Source of the DNA: Sphaerodactylus townsendi | Taxonomy: Eukaryota | Assembly: GCF_021028975.2 (NCBI RefSeq) | Contig: NC_059439.1 | Coordinates: 23,312,001 to 23,376,000 of the forward strand | Length of the DNA stretch: 64,000 nucleotides | Reading direction: 5' to 3' | In this document: piece by piece, positions 22,876-35,800 of the stretch | How the letters are laid out: each line of letters begins with the position of its first letter | Numbering within the stretch: position 1 is the stretch's first letter | Translations under genes and position numbers: made by a program | Notes under the pieces: model-generated | The model's input: the letters and a program-made list of their open reading frames with translations, nothing else | Told to the model about the DNA's origin: nothing | The model's database searches: none

Positions 22876-24387
22876 AAATATGGACGAATAAATAAGGAAA
22901 TAGCCTTCCATTCTTTCAGTGATTCCTTAAAATATTCATATTGGATGAAATCTGTAAGAAACATTACAAATAAACAAAATAAAATAATTCTACACCAAAA
23001 TTTCTGAGACGTGCTTTCTGAAAGTTATCACTGAGGTCTCAAAACATCTGCCATCTAAAGACTACAAAAGCAAAATATGCCTAGGAAATACCTGAAGAAT
23101 TTTGAGGGAGCCAAATGAGTTTTAATAGGAATTGTTGATTTTTTGGACACACATTTCTTATCCAAGGGGGTCACAGCTTGTGCTGCCTTAAACATGCATG
23201 CGGCATTTCACAGAGACAGTGCTGAGCAGTCAACTTGATCTTTACTGGTGTTCAATATACTTCAGAAAGCAAGAAAAAAGATAAGCTCACAGCCTGCATT
23301 CAGGCTATCAAAATCTCTCTGTGCACCACAAATGGCTCAAATGAGTGTGCACAGTGGATCCTACATCACCTTTGATTCAGTATACTGATGGCTTTTAGAC
23401 CCGATTTTGAACTCCATGCAAAATAATAAAACTGGTCCAGTGACGGAATGTTTAAACAAAGGGCAAGCTCTCAAAATCCCTTTTAACCCATAAGCCCTGG
23501 GTTGTAAAAGTTCTTTATCTGAGAAACAGGCTTGGAACCATAGAATGATGATCAAAATTCTGCTTACCCAATCTGCCTACTCTTCATATTGCTAGCCCTT
23601 GACCCTCCTGTAAATAAATTGTTATCAAAGAACTTTATGAATATCAGAGGCATGGGAGGTTTCAGGGTTTTTGGGGAGGGAGAGATCTCCCCTTGCATAA
23701 GTCATTACCTGGATCTTGACCATCATCATAAATATATTGCACATGACACTTGTGGTCTAATTGCTGATTCAGCATACCTTTTTGCAAATAATGCTACTTT
23801 CTCAGTGGCATTTCCCGGTTCTAATTTAAAAGGCCCACAGTTGTTCAGCTGCGCATCTAGTCTTGAAGTAATTGATGTCCCTTGAATAAAACATCCTTGC
23901 ACGTTGTTAGAAAATGCAGAGTATTGAATAAATAACATGGCTTTATAGATTGGCAACAGAATCAACATGTTTATTTGGTGGCTTTACGTTTTATGTGCCA
24001 AGTCAATGCCATGTGTAAGAAATGCCACCAGAAGTATCCAAGGAATTCATTATATAGCTGTAGTTAATTGGAAATTCTAATTGAGTCAAACTGATAAATT
24101 TAGAAAACCTCTTGGATCTTCTGCTGGGTGAAAAATCATTCACTGGATTACAAGAAAGGTTTTTTGTGATACAATCATGGAGGGTTAGGTCCAGAGTATT
24201 TTTGTGCAAATCTAGTCTAATGTTACTCTTCATTGAAGCTCNNNNNNNNNNNNNNNNNNNNNNNNNNNNNNNNNNNNNNNNNNNNNNNNNNNNNNNNNNN
24301 NNNNNNNNNNNNNNNNNNNNNNNNNNNNNNNNNNNNNNNNNNNNNNNNNNNNNNNNNNNNNNNNNNNNNNNNNNNNNNNNNNNNNNN

Positions 24388-24662
24388 CCCCTTTCTCTCC
24401 TGTAGGAGACTCAAAGGGGCTGACAATCTCCTTGCCCTTCCCCCCTCACAACAAACACCCTGTGAGGTAGGTGGGGCTGAGAGAGCTCTGAGAAGCTGTG
24501 ACTAGCCCAAGGTCACCCAGCTGCGTAATGTAAGGGGAGTGTACAGGCTAATCTGAATTCCCCAGATAAGCCTCCACAGCTCAGGCAGCAGAGCTGGGAA
24601 TCAAACCCGGTTCCTCCAGATTAGATACACGAGCTGTTAACCTCCTACCCCACTGCTGCTCC
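24388..24662 (-). mobile_element. tRNA-derived SINE (Squam3-like)
   Basis: Minus-strand head with A/B-box-like GTGGGGTAGGAGG...GGTTTGATTCCC; highly similar to 42931-43227. Confidence 0.75.
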
Positions 24663-25634
24663 TTTAGGTCTGACAATCAGCACTGCAGTCTTTTAAGAGA
24701 AGGAAGAGAACTCCCTGCTTCCTTTATTATCAGTGGAGAAACTGTTTTGAATCAACCAGAATGTCCAAATCAAAAGCCATTCCAATTTTGTAAATATGAA
24801 GTATATTTTATGAATAATCTTAAATATAATACCATGCATAAAAACACTATGTTGTAGAACCAAATCCAACACAATAAGTATTTGTTGAATAAGACAAGTA
24901 AACACAATTAACAGTATCAAGATATCTAGGTAAAATTCAAACAAGATGTTGAGCAAATACAAATTAAGTATTTAAAACTTAACAGCAGTTATAATATCAA
25001 AACAAGGACCAGTTAAAATTATTGTATTGACTGCTAAAAACTGTGACCTTACTTTTTTTGTATTTAAGCAAAGCAAAATAATATAGTAGAGCAGCTGTTC
25101 AGTGTATTTTTTTTCCAATATAGGCAATAATATTTCAAACTATGAATGAACCACAAAGCAAATGAGATATCAGCATTAACGATCCCTACCAAATAGATTT
25201 TAACACAGGAAGATCACATATTGGGGTNNNNNNNNNNNNNNNNNNNNNNNNNNNNNNNNNNNNNNNNNNNNNNNNNNNNNNNNNNNNNNNNNNNNNNNNN
25301 NNNNNNNNNNNNNNNNNNNNNNNNNNNNNNNNNNNNNNNNNNNNNNNNNNNNNNNNNNNNNNNNNNNNNNNNNNNNNNNNNNNNNNNNNNNNNNCAACCT
25401 ACGCCCACATTGCTTTGGTCAGTGTAAATCCCAGGACTTCAGCATAGCCCTTTTAAGTGGTCAAGGGAGCCCTCCTCCCTTTTAACCCTTAGAAATCCTT
25501 ACCTAGTGTTGCCAATTTTTGAAATCATTCCTGTAGTTGTGCCTTTAATATCAGTTTGATCTGTCAGAATGTATAGGCAATTTTATTTTTTGCCATTCCA
25601 TGAAAAGCTTCAGCTGCCCGTTGCCATTCTCTCC

Positions 25635-26129
25635 AGCTGTTTCCGCATGGCCAAAAAACAGTGCCCTAGGGATGGAAAAAACCCATCCCTGGGGTGCTGT
25701 TCGCATAGGAGGTGCTGCTGCATCGCAGCAGCTCTGTCCTTGCCCCTCCCTCCAAGCAGTGCAAAGTCACTGCTTTCAAACCTCACTCAGAGGGGCGAGT
25801 TTTTTGGAATACGCTGAGTGAATGGCAGTGGGTGGAAGCCGGCGTATTCCTTGTGCCACTCCCAAAACAGCTTATTCCTTGTCCTGGCTTCCGTTGCTCT
25901 GTAGAGGCCAGGGGATACCTGGCCTCCATTGCTGCAGCCATCGCTCGGGCCATGGGGGTATGTCCCCTGGCCTCCTCGGAGTGACAAAAGCCAGGACAAG
26001 GTAAGAAGCCATTTGGGGGGCTGCACGACTGTGCAGAACCTGCTCTGCCAGCTGCGTAGCTTGTGGGGCAGATCATGCGAACGGCCCCAGGGCTTGAATC
26101 GGCATGAATCTGGCTGTGTGGAAACAGCC
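25635..26129. mobile_element. ~495-bp Harbinger-like MITE
   Basis: TIR AGCTGTTTCCGCATGGCC / GGCTGTGTGGAAACAGCC; TSD TCC. Confidence 0.75.
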
Positions 26130-26206
26130 TCCGTTAAAAGATTAGGACCTTTTTTCCTGTCCAGGTGGCAACCTTAACCATACCTCATGTTGCTAACTAG
26201 TCAAGA

Positions 26207-26453
26207 ATGGAAGAAAAAGAAGAGTTGGTTTTTATACTCTCTTTTCTTCACTTTAAGGAATCTCAAAGCAGCTTACAATCACCTGCCTTACTTTCCCTAC
26301 AGCAGATGCCTTGCGAAGTAGGTGGGGCTGAGAGAATTCTGAGAGAACTGTGGCCCAAGGTCACCCAGCAGGCTTCAGGTGGAGGAGTGGGAAATCAAAC
26401 CCAGTTCTCCAGCTTTTAATCCACCACTCTTAACCACTATCACACACTGGCTC
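26207..26453 (-). mobile_element. tRNA-derived SINE (Squam3-like)
   Basis: GGTGGGGCTGAGAGA...CCCAAGGTCACCCAGC...AATCAAACCC...CTCTTAACCACTA, as in other copies. Confidence 0.7.
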
Positions 26454-26829
26454 TGAAAACAAAACAAAGCTGCCTAGATTTCTCTTGTGTTTTTCAAAAC
26501 TGCATAATGTACTAAAACGTGAAGATGAAGGCTTGTCATGTACAATTGACACTTGATAATTGAGCCAGGTCAAATGGCTGCTTCATGCACAGATAAAGGG
26601 GCCAAGTGAACATTGCAATCCTACTTCCAATGGACTGGAAAGCACCACACACACTAAGTAAATATGATAAGCAGAAATTACAACCTACCAAAAAAAAGCT
26701 AGGAATATCACAAAACATTTCTCTTTTTGTGGGGAATGTATATGTTCTTCTTTGATAGCAGCACCTTCAGGGGTATTCCAGATGGCACATATAGAATTGC
26801 ACATAAGGACAACTTGAACATGGTGAGGG

Positions 26830-27025
26830 GCCACAGATCAAAGGTAAAGCATCTGGTTGGCATGCAGAAAGTCCCATGTGCAATACCTGGAATTTCCAGC
26901 TGAAAGGATCAGGTAGTAGATGTATGATTTCTGATGAGACCTGGAGGTCCACTGTCAGCCTGAGTAGGCAATACTGATTTTAATGGATCAATGGATCAAT
27001 TCAGTAAAAGACAAGTTCATGTGTG
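26830..27025 (+). mobile_element. Old tRNA-derived SINE with CR1-like tail
   Basis: GGTAAAGCATCTG...GCATGCAGAAAGTCCCA tRNA-like head; degenerate. Confidence 0.45.
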
Positions 27026-27375
27026 CATAACGTCCATTGCTCTCCAAAGAACACATGAATACCCCTGGGTGGATCTGATCAGAGTCTATCTAATCTAGCT
27101 TTCAGTTCCCAACACTGTTTAATGTATACCCTCCTGAAGTAGGAATTATAGTGACACCCATCCCTGTGGCTGCAACCCTAAACATGCTTTCTATAAACCT
27201 GCTCCTATTTAGAACTGAGGTATACAAATCAAATGAGCTTTAAGATTAAGACATTACAAACCATTGACTTTCATCCACAACAATAAACACATAAGAGTAA
27301 CAGGTCATTGCATGGCATTTGTGACATTTTGAAAATAATGTTCCCCTAAGAAGCAAAAGGAAGACAAGGAAGTGT

Positions 27376-28320
27376 TTATGATGAACCAACACAATACCGA
27401 ACAGTTTTTTTCAAAGCTTGTTTAATGTCTTTATTTCTCAGAGTGTACACAAACGGGTTCACCAAGGGAGTCAAGACAGTGTAGAAGACTGAGAAGACCT
27501 TGTTCAGTTCTCTGAGTGTGTTGTTTTTGGGTACCACATAAACAATGACTATCGTTCCATAAAAGAGAGTAACCACAATGAGATGGGATGAGCAGGTGGA
27601 AAATGCCTTTTTCCTCCCAGCAGAGAAGGGGATTTTGAGAATGGTTTTTATGATGCAGCTGTAGGAAATGAGGGTTAAAAGAAAAGGGAACAATCCAAAC
27701 AGAGCTGACAGAATAAATATCAGTAGCTGAATGTTGAAGGTGTTGCTGCAGGACAATTGAAGTAGCGGTGAAAAATCGCAGAAGAAATGGTCAATTACAT
27801 TAGGTCCACAGAATATCAGGTGAGTCATAAAATAGATTGTTACTGAATTAACCATGAACCCAATGACCCACGAACCACTCGCTAACTGCAAGCAGGATCT
27901 CATATCCATAAGTGATGCATAATGCAATGGCTTGCATATTGCTAGATAACGATCATAAGACATAGCTGCGAGAAGATAACATTCTGCTGTAGCTAAGCCC
28001 CCAAAGAAATATAACTGCATAAAACAAGAATTCACCCACATGGACTGGTTTCCAGTCAGAAAACTGTCAAGCATCCAGGGCCAAATGGTGGAGATATAGC
28101 AAGTTTCTAAGCAAGACAAATTCCCCAGGAAGAAATACATGGGGGTATGAAGACGCTGATCAGCTGCAACTAAGACAACGATCAGCAGGTTTCCAGCCAT
28201 GGTGACCATGTAGATCGCTAGAAAGACAAAGAAGAGAAGGATCTGAAAATCACTGATATCCCCAAACCCCAGGAGGATAAATTCTTTGACTACTGATTGA
28301 TTTGTCTGGTGTTTATCCAT
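27376..28320 (-). CDS. Olfactory receptor, intact, 314 aa (family 6/11-like)
   Basis: NQS site, LHTPMYFFLGNLS, MSYDRYLAICKPLHY, DHFFCD, KAFSTCSSHL, NPFVYTLRNKDIK; acceptor tttttcag just upstream (~28340). Confidence 0.95.
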   Translation of the reverse strand: MDKHQTNQSVVKEFILLGFGDISDFQILLFFVFLAIYMVTMAGNLLIVVLVAADQRLHTPMYFFLGNLSCLETCYISTIWPWMLDSFLTGNQSMWVNSCFMQLYFFGGLATAECYLLAAMSYDRYLAICKPLHYASLMDMRSCLQLASGSWVIGFMVNSVTIYFMTHLIFCGPNVIDHFFCDFSPLLQLSCSNTFNIQLLIFILSALFGLFPFLLTLISYSCIIKTILKIPFSAGRKKAFSTCSSHLIVVTLFYGTIVIVYVVPKNNTLRELNKVFSVFYTVLTPLVNPFVYTLRNKDIKQALKKTVRYCVGSS

Positions 28321-29451
28321 GGGTAGATGTTCAAAGAGCTGAAAAATACAAGAGATGGGATGGAAAAGTCATTCAAGAATGAGACACAATTTAAATAGCA
28401 TTTAGTAATGATGTGCATGTATTTTACGCTCTATTTAGACTGTGTGTATACACATATATGCATATTATCATGCACTCATTTATCACCAAGTGTCAAACTA
28501 CACATTGAGTTTTTTGCTCATTCACACCCAACTATTCTCCTTGCTACAGCCCCTGTTTTAAAGCATTTTTAAAACATGCAGGGCCCATGATCCCCAGCAT
28601 CTTCTCAAATGGTCAAAGGCGATCCCATCTGTTATGGTTATTCTCTTGTTCCTTTTGCAAATGTTGTTGCTAGGATTGCTTTTCAAAGAAGGACATTGTC
28701 AAGGTTCCCCTCCTGCACTTTTCTTATTGAAAAAGTCACCCCAGCCCCAACCATCCAAGTTGAATTTTACTTCCACAAGGGAGAATATAGATGTGGGTAG
28801 ATATAGATACAGATATCTGTGGAACCTATGAGTTTTTATCAGTACGATAAAAGCACCTTGAGCAGGGGGTTTTATTGATGAAATGGCAGGAGGAGGGTCA
28901 AACATCTCATCTCTACCCTTACCATTCTCAACTATGACTGAGCAAAGGAGGAGTCACATTTGCAAAAGAAAAAAAGGAGAAATTAAGGAAAATTATCTTG
29001 TAAATTCAGTAATCTGCAATGGACAACTAGATTTTTCTATCTAGGTAAAACATACCTAAGTACTTAACTGAAACAAGTGCTGAAATTTTACATAATATTT
29101 TCTTTAAATTACATTTTCTCAAATCATACATAGGTTTCTGAATATTTAATAAACATTGAAAAATAATTTGAAAAAATAAAAAAGCAAATCACACATAGCT
29201 TTTGAGAATCAGGAAATCTAGTATAAGTTAAAAGAGGTAACCTAGTATAAAAATCAGAAAATCTAGTATAACAACAGAACAATTAAATTGATGAATGTAT
29301 ACTTTTCATAGATTTCCAAATTGTATGTCCAAAACACTTCACTGGAAGTAAGTGACATTAAATGAACAATGAGTAGACTTACTTAGGATTTCTCCCTTTG
29401 CAAATTTAGGGTATTGTAACAATTACACAACATTTTCAAGAGAGAAGCTGT

Positions 29452-30773
29452 CACTGGCGTAATGCCCATTGGGCAAGGTGGGCAGCTGCCTAGGGCATCA
29501 CCTTGTGGGGGGCATCAAAATGCTGGGTTCGTTTTTGGGTATTTTAGTGGTTTTCCATTTTTGGCCTGCAGGGGACGCAGATTTTAGGCTAGTGGCACCA
29601 AAATTTAAGTATATCATCAGGAGACTGTCCTTATGCTACCCCCCAGGTTTGGTGAGGTTTGGTTCAGGGAGTCCAAAGTTATGGACTCCCAAATGGGTTC
29701 TCCTATCCCCCATTGTTTCCAATGGGAGCTAATAGGAGATGGGGGCTACAGTTTTGAGGGTCCATAAATTTGGCCCCCCTGAACCAAACTGCACCAAATC
29801 TGGGGGGTATCATTAGGGCAGTCTCCTGATGAGACCCTGAAAGTTTTGAGACTGTGCCTTCAGAAATGTGCCCCCCAGCCTGCAACCCTCATTGACAAAA
29901 ATGCAGAAAACTCAATGCAGAACAAAGATTCTTGGGCAAATTTTGGGATGTTCTTGCAGGGAGGGCATTCTTGGACGTATCAGCACCAAAATGTCAGGGT
30001 ATCATCTGGAAACTATCCTAATGGGATCCCCCAAGGTTTGGTGCAGTTTGGTTCAGGGGGTCCAAAGTTATGGACCCTCAAAGGGTAGCCCCCATCTCCT
30101 TAGCAAAGAATGTGAGATGGGGTACCCCATTTGAGGGTCCATAACTTTGGACCCCTTGAACCAAACTGCACCAAACTTGGGGGATCCCATTAGGATAGTT
30201 TCCAGATGATACCCTGACATTTTGGTGCTGATACATCCAAAAATGCACTCCCTTCAGGAACATCCTAGAAATTTGCCTAAGAATCTTTGTTCTGCATTGA
30301 GTTTTCTGTATTGCTGTCAATGGGGGTTGCAGGCTGGGGGGGGGGACATTTCTGAAGGCACAGTCTCAAAACTTTCAGGGTCTCAACAGGAGACTGCCCT
30401 GATGATACCCCTCAGTTTGGTGCAGTTTGGTTCAGGGGGGGCCAAAGTTATGGACCCTCAAAACTGTAGCCCCCATCTCCTATTAGCTCCCATTGAAAAC
30501 AATGGGGATGGGGCACCCCTTTTGGGAGCCCATAACTTTGGACTTCTTGAACCAAACCTCACCAAACCTGGGGGGTAGCATAAGGACAGTCCCCTGATGA
30601 TATGCTGAAATTCTGGTGCTGTTATGTCTAAAAATGCACCCCCTGCAGGCACCAATGTCCTGGTGCAAAAGAAAATTGGTTGTGGTGGAGTGGCTCCCCA
30701 TGGGGGTGGGGGGATCCAACTCAGGTTTTGCCCAGGGCTACAGTTTGCCCAGGGCTGCCTCGTTACGCCCCTG
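29452..30773. mobile_element. 1.3-kb non-autonomous hAT element with long internal fold-back
   Basis: TIR CACTGGCGTAA / TTACGCCCCTG; 8-bp TSD GAAGCTGT (29444-29451, 30774-30781); arms ~29560-30090 and ~30120-30650 are inverted copies. Confidence 0.85.
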
Positions 30774-31890
30774 GAAGCTGTTCTCTCCAATTCATCTCAG
30801 TCGTTAAAGTATAGCAATGATTGCATTGGTACCATGAGATAAAATATGATTTACATTCAACTGCAGTTAGATATATAAATTATTTTCAGGCTCCATTATA
30901 AGGCTCCTCTAGTACATAAGGTAACTAGAATCCCATACTACAAAACAGATTAATGAAGACTTCTCCATTACAACCCCATATTCTATGCAACATTATCCTT
31001 AGCTCAATACATCTTTGTGTTTGATTCAACCAGCTTTTCTGCTTTATCCTGTCCACTCCTCACTGTATTTATTTTTTATTTATTTATGGGATTTCTATAT
31101 CGCCCAATCCCCAAAGGGCTCTGTACAACATTTGTCTATACCCCAAGATCCATATCATATTCTTTCAGTGGTAAAAGACCACTGAAAAGCTGGAAGAATC
31201 CAACCCTTTTCAGTGAATTCAGATAATTATTTCCCTTTTTACTGATATCTTCTGTGGGTTCTATGCATGCATATGATCAGAGTATATCATATAAGCCTCT
31301 CTACTTCATCTGGATTGTTTGTTGACTTCTGAGCAGTTATAGCAAGAGATGAAAAATGGACATGAAACCACATTGTATTTGTCTCCCAGTATATCATATA
31401 TAGAGACAGATCTAAAATGTTAAAATGAGGATCATACCTTTGCAACGTTCCGAGACCTGTTATTAAAATTATGCCTGTGTTCCAAAGATCAATATGATTC
31501 TAAGACTGTCCTCAGTAAGATGGGTTCTTTGTATTTAACAAAAGACTCTGATTTGTATTGAATTTTATATAACTTTGAAAGGTAAAAGCTGTGTGTAAAA
31601 TCTAATCATTAGAGAATTAATTATGGTGTTTTATTGTAGGTGAAGAAAGAATTGCTTTCGAAGGGCAAAACCCAGCATTCCCAAGTGGCTACTCAAAATT
31701 CCCCATGTAAACACACACACTCACATACAGGCACACACACTCACACACATCCAGCATTCCTATTTCATTCGTCCAATTAATCACACTCACAATTTCTAAA
31801 TGAAACTGTTTTTATTCTTTGCTACACAAAATTAACTGGCCAACTCAAATCCTTTCTTCTCATTTTTTTAAAAAAAGTGGAGGAATCACT

Positions 31891-32816
31891 TCAATGTTGC
31901 AAGTGTGTTGCACCAGAATCCAGTTTCTTAAGTAACTGTTCTTTTGTGTTCCTATCAGGTCTCATGACAATAATGTAAATTTTGGGAGAAAAGATGCATC
32001 CCAGCATCCCAGCGCTGGAGGCTAAAATAGAGAATACCTCAACAGCCACCATGAATTTCCCCCTGGTGCTGAGGTATGTGGGAATAAAGGTGATCCAAAC
32101 ACTGCAAAACATCAGCATACTGAAAGTGATGAACTTGGCCTCATTGAATACATCCGGCAGATTTCTGGCTAGGAAAGCTACAATGAAGCTTACAAATGCC
32201 AGGAAACCCAAGTAACCTAAGACTGTGTAGAACATGGCAATTGACCCTTCATTGCATTTCAATGTTATTTGCTTAGCTTCAGATGTCAGGTCAAAATCAG
32301 GAAATGGGGGAGAGTATCTAAGCCAGGCAATACAAATGGCAACTTGAATAAGAATACAGGAAAGGACGATGGCATTTGTCAGTTTTGTGCCAACCCATTT
32401 CCTCTTTCTACTTCCAGGCTTGGTCGCCATGAAAGCCAGAACCACCATGACTGTCTTTGCCAACACACAAGAAACGGAGGTGCAGAAGATAATGCCGAAA
32501 GCTATTTGTCGCAGTTGGCAGGTCATTTTGCTGGGCTGGCCAATGAAGAGCAAAGAGCAAAGGAAGCAGAGCATGAGGGACAGGAGGAGAATGTACGTAA
32601 GATTCCGGTTATTGGCTTTGACAATGGGAGTGTCTTGATACTTAAGAAAGGTTCCTAATATGAAAACTGTGATCAGAAAAAAGAAAACAGCAATGACAAC
32701 CAAAGTGATTCCCAGAGGCTCATGAAAGGACAAGAACGTAATTGGCTTCTGGAGGCATTTATCTTTGTTATGGTTTGGAAATTGACCATCTGGACACTTC
32801 TCACAATGATCTGCAT
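31891..32816 (-). CDS. V2R exon 6 (end of Cys-rich domain and 7TM)
   Basis: [55 protein letters not shown]; acceptor ttctatttcag. Confidence 0.95.
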
Positions 32817-35800
32817 CTGAAATAGAAGAATAAATGTTGAGCTGTGATGACACTAATGAGCAGATGACACTAAAGTGTGGATGGAAGTGCTACCCTTCTT
32901 TTCCACCTAATTTCAAGGATGCTAGTGATGTTCTGAACATACTTGGAATTCATAATGGTTGGATGAGGGTTTACAAGCTGGAACTTAATCCTGACAAGTC
33001 AATTGCTCCTGTGGTGTAGTGGTTAGGAGCAGTGGACTTAATCTGGGGAAGCAGGTTTGTTTTTCCACTCCTACACATGAAGCATTCTGGGTGACCTTGG
33101 CCTAGTCACAGTTCCCTCAGACCTTTACCTACTTTACAGAGGCCCCTTCCGCACACACAAAATAATGTGTTTTCAAATTACTTTCACAACTGTTTGCAAG
33201 GGGATTTTACCATTCCGCACAGCTTCAAAGAGCACTGAAAGCAGTTTGAAAGTGCATTATTCTGCATGTGAGGAATGAGCCAAAGTATCTGTTGTGGGGA
33301 AGGGGAAGGAAAAGTGTAAGCCACTTCGAGACTCTTTATAGGTAGAGAAAAGTGTGGCATAAAAACCAACTGTTCTGTGTTGGGTGGAGTTGTACTGCCC
33401 TGGAAAAGTCTGGTTCACCACTTGGGAGTGCTGCTTGACAAAAAAGTCACCTTAGAAAGTCAGGTGGCTGCTTTTTAGAGTGCTTTTGCCCAACTTTGAC
33501 TAGTGCATTAGTTGTACCAATTCCTGGTTCAGTCATATGTAGCCACAGTGATTTATGTCTCATTTACATCTGGACTACACTTAGCTTGAGGCAGTGTTGA
33601 GGCACCCTTGAAGAGTGTATAGAAATTGCAACTAGTGAAGTATACAGCTGCTAGACTGCTGGCCAGGGCCAACTACCAGGAGTCCCAACACTACAACTAT
33701 TATACTGGATCTGCCCCAAGCCCAATTCAAAGTGTTGGCTACTGGGTATTTGAAGGATCACTTTCTCTCATATATTCCTGCTTGGGAATTAAGATCTAAG
33801 AGATAAGCCCTCACAATTATCCCACCAATCAAATGCGGGCCTTTTCAGTGGCAGCTCTACAATTGTAAAACAATTATGACAGGTGGGCGGCATGCTGTTC
33901 AGTTATCAGCTGCTAAGGTTCTAGGCCACCTTTCAAACTAAGAAGTCTTTCGGTTGGCTTCCAACAAGTAATAATTGTAATAAAATAGTTATTACTGAAA
34001 ATAGTAAAACAAAATACTCTAGTTTGGTTGTGTAGATGCAGTGGTACAGGAGGAAATTAATACATTTGGCTGAGGTCTGTATAAGTTGTAAGACTCTAAG
34101 GCTCATTCCGCACACGCAGAATAATGCACTTTCAAGCTGCTTTCAGGGCTCTTTGAAGCTGTGCGGAATGGCAAAAACAGTTGTGAAAGCAGCTTGAAAG
34201 TGCATTATTTTGCGTGTGCGGAATGAGCCTAAGACATTATATTATTGTTCACATTACACATTATTCACATTTAATTATACTATATAGATTTAAATTAAAC
34301 CAAATTGTTAAACTGAGTTAACTGATTCCATGTTACAAGGATCCATCCCATTTTTTTCCAGTGGCAGAGAAAAGCTTATACATAAGAACATAAGAACATA
34401 AGAACTAGCCAGCTGGATCAGACCAGAGTCCATCTAGTCCAGCACTTTGCTACTCGCAGTGGCCCACCAGGTTCCTTTGGGACCTATACATGCTGTGAGT
34501 ATGCACACATATGACAGTGAAGAGAAGACAGGAGCCACTGCTTTTATAGAGTTCCAAAGTGGCTTCCAAGGTGTGATTTTCTATAGGTTTTTACCTGTGC
34601 GATTGGAAAAAGTTCCTTCTGGGCATGGAGAACATGCAAAGCAACAGCCTGGTTTTCCTTCTATAGCTTGTTTTTGGTGTCCTGGAAGACAGCTCTTCGT
34701 GCATGTTGACTGTGGCACCTAAATAAACTAATAAAAATCTTCAAGGCTATGAATGTTACAAATGGTTCTACTAAACAGAATAAGATCCAAAGTCAAATAA
34801 CCCACAGTCCAATCCAGAGAACAGGCCCCAAATCTGCCCAGGGAGGCGGGATGGGACTGTGCTGGTAAATTTGCCCTCTCTGGAGCACTTACCCTGGCAG
34901 AGGGGTAAGTCCACTGGAGGCAAGGTCGGGAGTACAGCCAACATTAGTCGGGTTTCACTTGGCCTTTGCCTGCTAGAACATTGGCACTGGGGGCTTGGGT
35001 TTATGCCATCCTTTTAAGCGGCATAATCCCACAAAACCCAATGGAGAACTTTTCAGTAGCTGAAAGCTTTTGTTTGTTTTTTGTCTCCTTGAGCCGCTGA
35101 ACAGCTCTTCTGGGTCAAATCCCCACTTGAAATTTGCATGCAGATCCAAACCTGTTCATTGTGAAACCGTGTCCTCTTCATCAGAGTTTCTCCCTCCCCA
35201 CCCTGGCGAGCACACAGCAGACACACCTGGTTGCAGAACTCTTAGCAATCCCCACTACCAGGCGAGCCTGCTTCGCCAGTCTCCCCTGATTGGCTGGCAT
35301 GCCTTGATGGGGTGGGACCTTTTCCCACTGCAGAAACGTACATTGTAGGGGCATGATAAAAAAAACCAGTGTGTAAAAGTTTAAAGTGTAACTGTGCAAA
35401 CAGTTCATTGTTACCTGTGTAAACCATTAACGATTAAAAGTTACACATTTGACTGTTACGTTTGCGTCCCCTTCTGCTGGCTGATTGCAAAAGCAGAAAC
35501 GAAACCAAGGAAAGGCTGCATGCGCATCGCAGCGCCGATTGGTTGCCCGAATTCTGTGTCACACTCCAGGGCGGGAAACAAGTCAGGGTTTCAACCTTCA
35601 TCCCTCCCCTCAGATCAGCTCTGAACCGTGTTAATGGGGTCCATGCCACTTGCAACCAGGTCCTGCCGGAATGCGGATTAACGGGGAGAATGAGCGCCAG
35701 AAACGGAATCTGCCATGCAAGCAATGGGGAGGTCGTCCCTCAAACCTGGTTAGTTTGTGTTCTGAAACCTGGCTAAGATGGTAGTGGGGATTCGACCCTG

